Source: a virus
DNA: 38,785 nucleotides
Virus record (IMG/VR): IMGVR_UViG_3300045988_184596
Location: 1-38,785 of that record
Direction: 5' to 3' (one strand)
Shown: piece by piece, positions 32,357-38,785 of the stretch
How positions within the stretch are numbered: the first letter of the stretch is position 1
Layout: every line of letters begins with the position of its first letter
The notes under the pieces: model-generated
Told to the model about the DNA's origin: nothing
The model's database searches: none
Seen by the model: only the letters and a program-made list of their open reading frames with translations
Made by a program: the position numbers and the translations under genes

Positions 32357-32891
32357 TTTCTTCCACCTTGATTCCTTTATCTAAATAGTATTGAGTGTTG
32401 ATTCCTAATTGTTCTGCATAATCTAGTATGCAATCAATTAACACTCCCATTTGTTTTGTGTCCATTTGTGATGAGCCTAGAAACAATCTACAATTCACAA
32501 ACTCATTTCCATTGTCTCTAACCTCAGTACCCAATATTTGAACTGCTCTAACTCCATGAGCTTGAGCCAACGAATCAACACCATCTTTCAAAACTGAAAC
32601 ATATGTATACTTTTGCTTTGCCATTCTCAAGAACTCGCAGTACATATCCCATGTATCGTTATAACTTGCGTTTTCATTACTGCATATTTCCTTTATTAAA
32701 TGCCACATAAGCCGATTTTGTTCGTTTGTGCGTAAATGTTTAACCGAATCTATAATCACGCTATATGCTCCTTTTTCAAGGGTCTGAGCGTATGATTCGT
32801 ATATTGGCTCAGTTAATTCAAATGTTATTTCTAGGTTTCCATCTTCATTTCTTGATTTTCGGATGAAGTTGCCTATCAATTTTGTTTTCAA
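32340..32891 (-). CDS. NinB/Orf-like recombination mediator
   Basis: RTNEQNRLMWHLIKEI parallels lambda NinB RSLDQNRKLWACLGDV. GSSQMDTKQMGVLIDCILDYAEQLGI parallels the NinB C-terminus. Both comparisons are from memory. Confidence 0.5.
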   Translation of the reverse strand: MKTKLIGNFIRKSRNEDGNLEITFELTEPIYESYAQTLEKGAYSVIIDSVKHLRTNEQNRLMWHLIKEICSNENASYNDTWDMYCEFLRMAKQKYTYVSVLKDGVDSLAQAHGVRAVQILGTEVRDNGNEFVNCRLFLGSSQMDTKQMGVLIDCILDYAEQLGINTQYYLDKGIKVEENKICN

Positions 32892-33118
32892 AATCTCATT
32901 TGCTCCATTTCTTCAAATTTTTGAATTCTGAAAAGTTCCATTTGCTCTTCTGTAATTCCTAGCTCTTTCATTCTATTAACATCCGTCCATGAATCTTGAT
33001 ACGGATTGAAATTCTCATCCATGATGTAATTTTCTAAATCCTCAATCCTTTTAGCTTGAGAATAATAGATTTCTCTAGGATATGATTCTTGATTCGTGAT
33101 AACATTGTATGAATGCAT
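32888..33118 (-). CDS. hypothetical protein
   Basis: TAGGAGGTAAAT then ATG. Confidence 0.55.
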   Translation of the reverse strand: MHSYNVITNQESYPREIYYSQAKRIEDLENYIMDENFNPYQDSWTDVNRMKELGITEEQMELFRIQKFEEMEQMRF

Positions 33119-33127
33119 ATTTACCTC

Positions 33128-33424
33128 CTATAGATAGTTTTTATGAAATATCTTCATAAATTCATTTCTTGTGTGTACTTCTTCAAATGCCTTTTGGCAT
33201 TCCTTTTTAAGTTTCATGTCTAATTTGTGATTGAAATGTACTCCTTCACTGCTCATGTTATGGTGCTTTGCACACAATCTTACATAACACCCATGCTCAA
33301 TTGATTTCTTTCTGTTAGCAGTGCCGAAATAAATTTCATGTGTATGTAAATTTAAAGTTGAACCACATACATAACATTTAGACATATCTTTTTGTAAGAT
33401 TGACTTATCTCGTTTTATTTCCAA
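33128..33424 (-). CDS. zinc-binding HNH-like small protein (start uncertain)
   Basis: CYVCGS...HTHEIYFG...CAKHHN pattern. Confidence 0.45.
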   Translation of the reverse strand: MEIKRDKSILQKDMSKCYVCGSTLNLHTHEIYFGTANRKKSIEHGCYVRLCAKHHNMSSEGVHFNHKLDMKLKKECQKAFEEVHTRNEFMKIFHKNYL

Positions 33425-33720
33425 GTTACCCTTACGCTTCCTTTGACCGGTGTTTCCTTAGATAATTGATGTGTTAGTCCTAATTCTTCTACTAGCTTTG
33501 TATCAATTACAGTACGTGTAGAAGGTGCAGTATATGTGATTTTAACCACGTCATTTTCAAATTGTTTGATTCCGTTTTCTTCCATAGCGGTTAGGATGTT
33601 CTTTTTAACTTCCTTTTCCAATTTGTCCATCTCTTTTTTGTACTCATTGAATGATTTCAATTTGTTCAGTGCTTCTTTTTGAATTTCAATTTGTCCATTT
33701 GTTACGTTTACTAATTCCAT
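33415..33720 (-). CDS. hypothetical recombination-module protein
   Basis: AAGGAGGAAAGAAAA then ATG at 33718-33720 (MELVNVTNGQ). Confidence 0.5.
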   Translation of the reverse strand: MELVNVTNGQIEIQKEALNKLKSFNEYKKEMDKLEKEVKKNILTAMEENGIKQFENDVVKITYTAPSTRTVIDTKLVEELGLTHQLSKETPVKGSVRVTWK

Positions 33721-33733
33721 TTTTCTTTCCTCC

Positions 33734-34393
33734 TTATGCTTTTGCGTTTTTCTTGTAAATATCACCGTATGCCTTGAGTAATCCAACTAGATTGTTTCCA
33801 TTTAGATTTGCAATGTCTTGTGATGTGATTTTATATTCGGCTTTCAAATGCTCACAAAATTCTTCTGAATGTGTATCGATACCTAGTTTTTGAAGTGTAT
33901 TTTGTGCCTTAAAACATCTCATTTTGATTTCTTCAAGCTTCTTTTCTACCGCTTGTTCTTTTTCCTTTTTCTGTTGTTCAATCTTTTCTTCTTCCGGTAA
34001 ATCTTCACCCGCATAGATGTATAAACCTAAACCATGACGAGCGATTGCTTTTGTCAAGCTTCTTTGAATTGCTTTATTCACATCAAATGAAGTTAATTTA
34101 TCAAGTATAATTGATTTGTTCTTGTAATCCATAACAGGTAATTCTTCAATATGTTCTAATCCTTCAATTGTTACACTTGTCTTAACCCAAGCAGTGTGAC
34201 CATCTGTGAAATAGTTAATAGGACCATAATCTGTACCACGTTCATAAATCTTATATTGTGCATTTGGATATTTCTTTTTAACTTCACCCCACGCATAAGC
34301 CCACGATAAATAACTTAATCCATTTTTAGATTCCACTTTGTCTTGAACATTAATACTATTCAATGTTTCAAATACTGATTTTTTTTCTTCCAT
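33734..34393 (-). CDS. Sak / DUF1071 Rad52-like single-strand annealing protein
   Basis: KNGLSYLSWAYAWGEVKKKYP...WVKTSV..AIQRSLTKAIARHGLGLYIYAGEDLP. Confidence 0.75.
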   Translation of the reverse strand: MEEKKSVFETLNSINVQDKVESKNGLSYLSWAYAWGEVKKKYPNAQYKIYERGTDYGPINYFTDGHTAWVKTSVTIEGLEHIEELPVMDYKNKSIILDKLTSFDVNKAIQRSLTKAIARHGLGLYIYAGEDLPEEEKIEQQKKEKEQAVEKKLEEIKMRCFKAQNTLQKLGIDTHSEEFCEHLKAEYKITSQDIANLNGNNLVGLLKAYGDIYKKNAKA

Positions 34394-34414
34394 CTTTTGT
34401 TTCTCCTTTTAATC

Positions 34415-34423
34415 TGCTATAAT
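34415..34423 (+). promoter_or_regulatory. plus-strand extended -10 (TGCTATAAT)
   Basis: Direct reading. Antisense to the early operon. Confidence 0.4.
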
Positions 34424-34429
34424 GTAAGT

Positions 34430-34493
34430 GTTCTTAAATTAAGAACGTCATTTCTTGTGTGTGCGTGCTTTGTCGAGTGCGCACCTCTTTTTT
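34430..34493 (+). ncRNA. candidate small RNA of about 65 nt
   Basis: Bounded by the plus-strand promoter and a plus-strand-specific terminator. The 5' end forms the 17-bp palindrome GTTCTTAAATTAAGAAC. Confidence 0.35.
34461..34493 (+). terminator. plus-strand rho-independent terminator
   Basis: GTGCGTGC-TTTGTCGA-GTGCGCAC, then CTC and six T. No T-run on the minus strand. Confidence 0.55.
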
Positions 34494-34722
34494 ATAGAAA
34501 TAACATTGCATACGACTTACCCAAACAAGCTATTGAAATAAGTAGAATCACGATTGTTGCGAATAACATAATGTTTATTCCTGTTGTGATTCTTTTTTGA
34601 TACCTTTGTTCCCTTAACAGTTCCTTTTCTTCTTTGCTTAAATGTATTCGCTTTGGATTAAATGGATAAATGCTCAACTCCATCTCATCATCCTGTATTG
34701 CATTCATTCTTATATCTTGCAT
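34492..34722 (-). CDS. small C-terminally membrane-anchored protein
   Basis: INIMLFATIVILLISIACLG TM segment. Confidence 0.45.
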   Translation of the reverse strand: MQDIRMNAIQDDEMELSIYPFNPKRIHLSKEEKELLREQRYQKRITTGINIMLFATIVILLISIACLGKSYAMLFL

Positions 34723-34724
34723 AA

Positions 34725-34979
34725 CTAACTCCTTCTAAATGACTTTCTAGCTTCAGGGCAACACTTCAAGAAATATTCTGTTGGGATTACATTCTGATTA
34801 ACATTTCTATATACAAATGTGTCTTCCCAAGCAGTACCTGTTTCTTCTTTATAGAACTCTCTAACTGATTTCATAATCTTGCTTGATTGGTGTCTTTGTC
34901 GGTCTTTTGACAATTCGGTCATATCAAACACCTTTACCAAATCGTCTTTATTTAAATATGATTTGTAATCAATTATCAT
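34725..34979 (-). CDS. hypothetical protein
   Basis: 84-aa ORF tiling with its neighbours. Confidence 0.5.
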   Translation of the reverse strand: MIIDYKSYLNKDDLVKVFDMTELSKDRQRHQSSKIMKSVREFYKEETGTAWEDTFVYRNVNQNVIPTEYFLKCCPEARKSFRRS

Positions 34980-35148
34980 ATTCGTTCACCTCCATTCTAG
35001 ATTCACATGTATTGATTTTATTCACTTCTTGCAAATCTCTAACATTCAATTGATTTGCAATTTCTTTTGCTTCTGCACTGTCATGTGCTTCAACCTCGAA
35101 TGTGACATTTGCAGTCACATCGAAGGTTACAAAATACGTTCTAGTCAT
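34969..35148 (-). CDS. hypothetical protein
   Basis: AAGAGGTG, 6 nt, then ATG at 35146-35148 (MTRTYFVTF). Confidence 0.5.
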   Translation of the reverse strand: MTRTYFVTFDVTANVTFEVEAHDSAEAKEIANQLNVRDLQEVNKINTCESRMEVNEYDN

Positions 35149-35153
35149 TTCAT

Positions 35154-35306
35154 TCACCTCTTTTCTTCTTTTTTGGATTCGTTAAGGATACAAGCGATAT
35201 ACCCTTTATCGAATTCAGATAGCTCATAGCCTTTCTTTTCAAGTAAGCCTAAAGCTTCGAAAATTCTTGCATCTATTATTGTTTCACCTCCATAACCTGT
35301 CATCAT
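35154..35306 (-). CDS. hypothetical small protein (start ambiguous)
   Basis: ATG ATG at 35301-35306 has no SD. An internal GGAGGTG is followed by in-frame ATA ATA at 35274-35279. Confidence 0.3.
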   Translation of the reverse strand: MMTGYGGETIIDARIFEALGLLEKKGYELSEFDKGYIACILNESKKEEKR

Positions 35307-35355
35307 CAGTGCTAGTAGGTCATCTCTAGCAGATAAGCCTTTCGGCTTATTTCGA

Positions 35356-35640
35356 CTAATTCATTAATTGTGGTTTGCCTTTGGTTTCAATTCTTTCAAC
35401 TTGGTCTAGCTTAAATAAGAAAGCTTTTGCTAAGAAGAAATTGTTTTCTTCAGTTTCTTTTCCATCAACTGATTCAACTTTCTTTGATTTGCGTTTCCAA
35501 AGTTTTGTGCAAACTGTAGCATGCTCACCTTTTTTAACTTTGAATCCCATTTCTTTCCATTTAGCGAATGTGTGCAATGGTTCAAATTCTCCCATGCCTA
35601 ATAACTTCTTTTCATTTTGTATGATTTGTTCGTTTGTCAT
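35356..35640 (-). CDS. hypothetical protein
   Basis: AAGGAGGACACAAGAA then ATG. HTFAKWKEMGFKVKKGEHA weakly recalls the ArdC N-terminal ssDNA-binding motif. Confidence 0.5.
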   Translation of the reverse strand: MTNEQIIQNEKKLLGMGEFEPLHTFAKWKEMGFKVKKGEHATVCTKLWKRKSKKVESVDGKETEENNFFLAKAFLFKLDQVERIETKGKPQLMN

Positions 35641-35657
35641 TTCTTGTGTCCTCCTTA

Positions 35658-35909
35658 TTAATCTTCTTTTAAGTTATTTCTTAATAGACTTAATGTATTT
35701 TTTGATTCTTTAACAATCGTGTCTAATCTGTTCAAACAATAGTTGTAATGACCGATTTTATTGAATTGATTGTTGTTAATTGCTTCAATTAATTCTTGCT
35801 TCAATTCTTCAATTTCATTTTCTGCTTGTTTGATTTTTGTTTCGTGTACCCAAATGAAATTATCAATTCCTTTTTCTGTTGGTTTTGTATTGTAATCAAT
35901 TTTGTTCAT
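35658..35909 (-). CDS. hypothetical coiled-coil protein
   Basis: AAGGAGGAACAAAAA then ATG. Confidence 0.5.
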   Translation of the reverse strand: MNKIDYNTKPTEKGIDNFIWVHETKIKQAENEIEELKQELIEAINNNQFNKIGHYNYCLNRLDTIVKESKNTLSLLRNNLKED

Positions 35910-35922
35910 TTTTTGTTCCTCC

Positions 35923-36075
35923 TTATTGATTAGCTTTTAATCTTTCTATTTCTTTTCTAAGCATTTGATTTTGCTTTTGAAGTATGATTTTTCTTGTAAA
36001 TTCATTACTAAATTTATTGAACATTTTGTCTTTATATTCTTGTTGTCTTTTTCTAATTTCTTCTTGTGATTTCAT
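35923..36075 (-). CDS. hypothetical 50-aa protein
   Basis: My translation: MKSQEEIRKRQQEYKDKMFNKFSNEFTRKIILQKQNQMLRKEIERLKANQ. GGAGGA, 8 nt, then ATG. Confidence 0.45.
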   Translation of the reverse strand: MKSQEEIRKRQQEYKDKMFNKFSNEFTRKIILQKQNQMLRKEIERLKANQ

Positions 36076-36079
36076 TTTC

Positions 36080-36304
36080 TTAATCCTCCATTTTTAAGAT
36101 TCCTTCTAATGTGTATTTGTATGTCTCGTGAATCAACAATTCCTTTTCAAGTTGTTCGATTCTTTCGCAAGTTTGCTTTACATAATTTGTATTCAAATTT
36201 TGAGCTTCGTGAACTAAAGTTTCTTTTTCTTGTTTTAGCGAACGTTCTTTGCTTTCAATTTGCCAATTTACTCTTGCTAATAATTTTTCTAATTCCTTTT
36301 TCAT
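36080..36304 (-). CDS. first early-operon protein, coiled coil (no recognisable HTH)
   Basis: GGAGGA, 7 nt, then ATG at 36302-36304. Confidence 0.5.
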   Translation of the reverse strand: MKKELEKLLARVNWQIESKERSLKQEKETLVHEAQNLNTNYVKQTCERIEQLEKELLIHETYKYTLEGILKMED

Positions 36305-36359
36305 TTCTTGTTCCTCCATTTTTTGTGTTGTTTTGTGTTGTTTTGTACTTTACATGTAC

Positions 36360-36388
36360 ATTATAGTACTTTTGAATGACATTGTAAA
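36360..36388 (-). promoter_or_regulatory. early lytic promoter
   Basis: Minus strand TTTACA (36383-36388), 17 nt, TATAAT (36360-36365). Confidence 0.65.
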
Positions 36389-36407
36389 GCATTTTTTGTC
36401 CTTTTAA

Positions 36408-36435
36408 TTTACAAGTTTATTCTTTGTGATATTAT
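36408..36435 (+). promoter_or_regulatory. repressor promoter
   Basis: TTTACA (36408-36413), 16 nt containing TG, then TATTAT (36430-36435). Confidence 0.55.
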
Positions 36436-36457
36436 GAATGTAGAGGAGGTAAAAAAA

Positions 36458-36835
36458 TTGACTATAGGTGAAAGAATAAATGCGATTAGGTCTAACTTGA
36501 ACCTAAGCATGGAAAAGTTCGGAAAGAAGATTGGTATAACTCGAAGTAGTGTCAATTCACTCGAAAAAGGTGTAAACAATCCTAGTGACCAAACAATCAA
36601 ATTAATATGTAAAGAATATAATGTTGATTACTTTTGGTTAACTGAGGGTAAAGGCAATATGTTTCTAGAATTGCCGGATAACACTATTGATGAATTAATT
36701 GATGAATACCAAATAAATCCAAACCAAAAACCATTAATCAAGGCGTATCTAAAATCAAGTGAAGAAACAAAGGAAAGGCTATTAGATTTCATTTATGGAA
36801 TTATTAAGGAATTAGACAATGCGGAACAAAACTAA
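36458..36835 (+). CDS. cI-like XRE-family repressor (TTG start)
   Basis: GAGGAGGT, 7 A, then TTG at 36458-36460. TIGERINAIRSNLNLSMEKFGKKIGITRSSVNSLEKGVNNPSDQTIKLIC. The ORF-track ATG lies inside the -10 element. Confidence 0.8.
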   Translation: MTIGERINAIRSNLNLSMEKFGKKIGITRSSVNSLEKGVNNPSDQTIKLICKEYNVDYFWLTEGKGNMFLELPDNTIDELIDEYQINPNQKPLIKAYLKSSEETKERLLDFIYGIIKELDNAEQN

Positions 36836-37463
36836 AACGCCACCTATTCAACAAGGTGGAAGTAAGAAGAAAAAAATATTATTATGGTGTGCTATTGTCA
36901 TTGTTGCTTTTTATGCAGTTATTGCAATTATGCCTAGTGAACCACAAAAGAAGTTAACATATACTGAAGAAATAGCGGAAAATTGGGAAGTACCGGAAAA
37001 AGAAGTAAAATCTATTGTATCTGTTGCAAAAGAACTAGGAATTAAAAAATCAAAACTTCATATCACTCATTTAGATGAGGATTCTTGCACAATTAAATAT
37101 ATAGACACTGATATTACTTTTAATATTAAAGATGATACTGTAAGCACTGTTAAAAAGGATGAAACAGTATTCTATGAAAATGGTTCAGTTACTAGAATGC
37201 CTAGAACTGTTATTATGACACTAGCAGAAAAAGAAGCTTTATATGATTGGGTAAACATGGCAATCGCAATTCATTCAGATTTCAATATATCTGAATTAGA
37301 TAAAATCTCAAATTTCGATTGGATTAAACAAGATAATTCTTATGCAGTAAAAGGATACGCATATGTAGATGATAAGAAACTTGGATTTGTCATTACTTGT
37401 GATTGGACAGGAAACACTGATGAAGCACCAACATTTAAAGAAATTCAATGGTTTCCAAACTAA
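36819..37463 (+). CDS. N-terminally anchored membrane protein co-transcribed with the repressor (possible superinfection exclusion)
   Basis: KKKKILLWCAIVIVAFYAVIAIM TM segment. Lysogeny-operon position. Confidence 0.5.
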   Translation: MRNKTKTPPIQQGGSKKKKILLWCAIVIVAFYAVIAIMPSEPQKKLTYTEEIAENWEVPEKEVKSIVSVAKELGIKKSKLHITHLDEDSCTIKYIDTDITFNIKDDTVSTVKKDETVFYENGSVTRMPRTVIMTLAEKEALYDWVNMAIAIHSDFNISELDKISNFDWIKQDNSYAVKGYAYVDDKKLGFVITCDWTGNTDEAPTFKEIQWFPN

Positions 37464-37466
37464 AAA

Positions 37467-37490
37467 AGAGCGAAATTAATCGCTCTTTTC
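37467..37490 (+). terminator. terminator of the lysogeny operon
   Basis: AGAGCGA-AATTAA-TCGCTCT followed by TTTTC. Confidence 0.7.
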
Positions 37491-37687
37491 ATCTGTGGAA
37501 TTTATCCAAATCCGTTGAGTATACTCATAAACTCTTGCCACTTCTTTTTCTTCTAACTCTTCTAGCATTCTATTAATTAATACATACATTTCATACTTCG
37601 TCACGTGGCTTCCCCCTTTCTTTATAGTTTTTTAATACCTCTAAGGTTATTACGAATATAACTATATTTCAAGGGTAATTTTTAGTT

Positions 37688-38785
37688 CTAAAATTTGTCT
37701 TTCTCCATAAATTGTACAATACCTTTATCGGCTTGAGGTAGCCAATGAGCGTATACTGAAAGCACTGTATCGAGGTTATCTCCTAATCGTTTTGCAATGT
37801 CATACACTGAGAAATTCACTGTTCCATTTGTAACCATATTGTTAATCATGTAAGAAGCGCAGGAGTGTCTTAAATCGTGTATTCTGATAATAGGTATTTG
37901 CTCATTTCGTGGTAGCTTGATATTTGTTTTCTTAATAGTCTCATTCAGTTCTCTTCTAACCGAACTACGATAAAAAGGTACTGTCATACCAAATATATAA
38001 TCATTATCGTTTGCGTTCATGTTCTCTTTAAAAGCTTTATATTCATCAGATAGAAATTGTGGCATTGTAATTAATCTATAACTGTTATTTGTTTTAGGTG
38101 TTGTAGCTTTTCTTAGCATGTCTGCCCATGTTTTCTGTATGTTGATGGTATTATTAGTTAAATCAACATCTTTCCATTGTAAAGCTAATGTTTCACCTAT
38201 TCTCATTCCCATATAAAATTGATTCATAAATAATAAATGATATACAGGCTTATTTTCGTTCGCTATAAACTTGTTGAATTGCTCAACTGTCCAATACATC
38301 ATGTCTTTCTTCTTTTCGTTTGGGTCTTTCTTTAAATCAATATTATCGCACGGACTCACTTGAATATATCCTTGCCTTACTGCGTAATTCAATACTGCTC
38401 TAAATTTCGTATAATAGTTAAGTACTGAATTGAATGACATTGATTGCATTAATTTATTAATGAACTTTTCTATATTGTTTGATGTAAGCTTTTTAACCTC
38501 GCATTCACCTAGTTCATCTTCCCAATATTTTAGAATCGCTCTCTGCGTTAAGTATGAGCTTTCTTTAATTCTCTTTTCCGAGTATACTTGATATTGATAA
38601 GATAGTTCTTTAAATGTGATGGTTGCGTTTGGCTCTTTTAAATTCTCTTTAAATAGGATTTCGGCTTTTATAGCGTCCTTCTTTTTTTCAAAACCACGCT
38701 TCTTATATTGTTTGGTTTTTCCATTCAATTTATATGAACCGTAATACATCCATTTACCTGTTGCTTCATCTTTTTTAACTGCCAT
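37688..38785 (-). CDS. int: tyrosine recombinase / phage integrase
   Basis: RIHDLRHSCASY and VLSVYAHW catalytic motifs. N-terminal arm-binding-type domain (KWMYYGSYKLNGKTKQYKKRGF). ATG at the window edge. Confidence 0.9.
   Translation of the reverse strand: MAVKKDEATGKWMYYGSYKLNGKTKQYKKRGFEKKKDAIKAEILFKENLKEPNATITFKELSYQYQVYSEKRIKESSYLTQRAILKYWEDELGECEVKKLTSNNIEKFINKLMQSMSFNSVLNYYTKFRAVLNYAVRQGYIQVSPCDNIDLKKDPNEKKKDMMYWTVEQFNKFIANENKPVYHLLFMNQFYMGMRIGETLALQWKDVDLTNNTINIQKTWADMLRKATTPKTNNSYRLITMPQFLSDEYKAFKENMNANDNDYIFGMTVPFYRSSVRRELNETIKKTNIKLPRNEQIPIIRIHDLRHSCASYMINNMVTNGTVNFSVYDIAKRLGDNLDTVLSVYAHWLPQADKGIVQFMEKDKF

Noticed and set aside
2726-36366. Plus-strand ORFs from the ORF track, e.g. 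2726..3025, 7803..8021, 15685..16008, 25213..25518, 31553..31900, 35375..35713 and 36109..36366. Also the out-of-frame minus-strand ORFs 16778..16981 and 36409..36600.
   Set aside because: They are shadow ORFs fully overlapped by well-supported genes. Their translations are low-complexity, rich in S, F, L and I. No SD precedes them.
36434-36457. The ORF-track ATG start for the repressor at 36434.
   Set aside because: That ATG lies inside the -10 element of the repressor promoter. GAGGAGGT, 7 nt, then TTG at 36458 gives the typical TIGERI... repressor N-terminus.
37476-37604. A 42-aa minus-strand ORF downstream of the integrase as a candidate excisionase (AAGGGGGA-6-GTG).
   Set aside because: It runs through the plus-strand terminator hairpin and has no recognisable HTH or winged-helix motif. 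Evidence is too weak for a call.
1-38785. An alternative genetic code or stop-codon reassignment, prompted by the unusual tRNA.
   Set aside because: Genes tile tightly and terminate on TAA, TAG and TGA under the standard bacterial code. The anomaly is confined to start codons.

Overview
AT-rich, Firmicute-type temperate siphovirus prophage, apparently near-complete, with almost every gene on the minus strand. Order from right to left:
- Tyrosine integrase (37688-38785).
- A plus-strand cI-like repressor plus a membrane protein (36458-37463).
- An early, recombination and replication block (36304 down to 25922): Sak/DUF1071 annealase, NinB-like, RusA, DnaD-like initiator with in-gene iterons, dimeric dUTPase, SSB, ArpU-like regulator.
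- A free-standing tRNA gene (25820-25895).
- A ParB-N / GT-A-like / radical-SAM trio.
- TerS, TerL and portal.
- A displaced tail-fibre module.
- Minor capsid protein, scaffold and major capsid.
- Connectors, major tail protein, chaperones, tape measure, Dit and a Tal-like protein.
- Holin.
- A cargo operon.
- A CHAP endolysin.
- A left flank of small genes.

Main finding: at least nine conserved genes have no ATG, GTG or TTG at their true 5' end. These are RusA, portal, two fibre proteins, major capsid, major tail, tape measure, Dit and endolysin. Each has a strong Shine-Dalgarno followed 5-11 nt later by an in-frame ATA. Three more genes (replication initiator, TerS, holin) show the same SD-ATA geometry. 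The phage also carries a tRNA that resembles a bacterial initiator tRNA-fMet in its D arm, variable loop, T loop, acceptor end and 1:72 mismatch, but its anticodon is UAU, complementary to AUA. I interpret this as a phage-encoded initiator tRNA that licenses ATA start codons. That reading is an inference from sequence only.

Prophage boundaries (att sites) could not be determined from this window.
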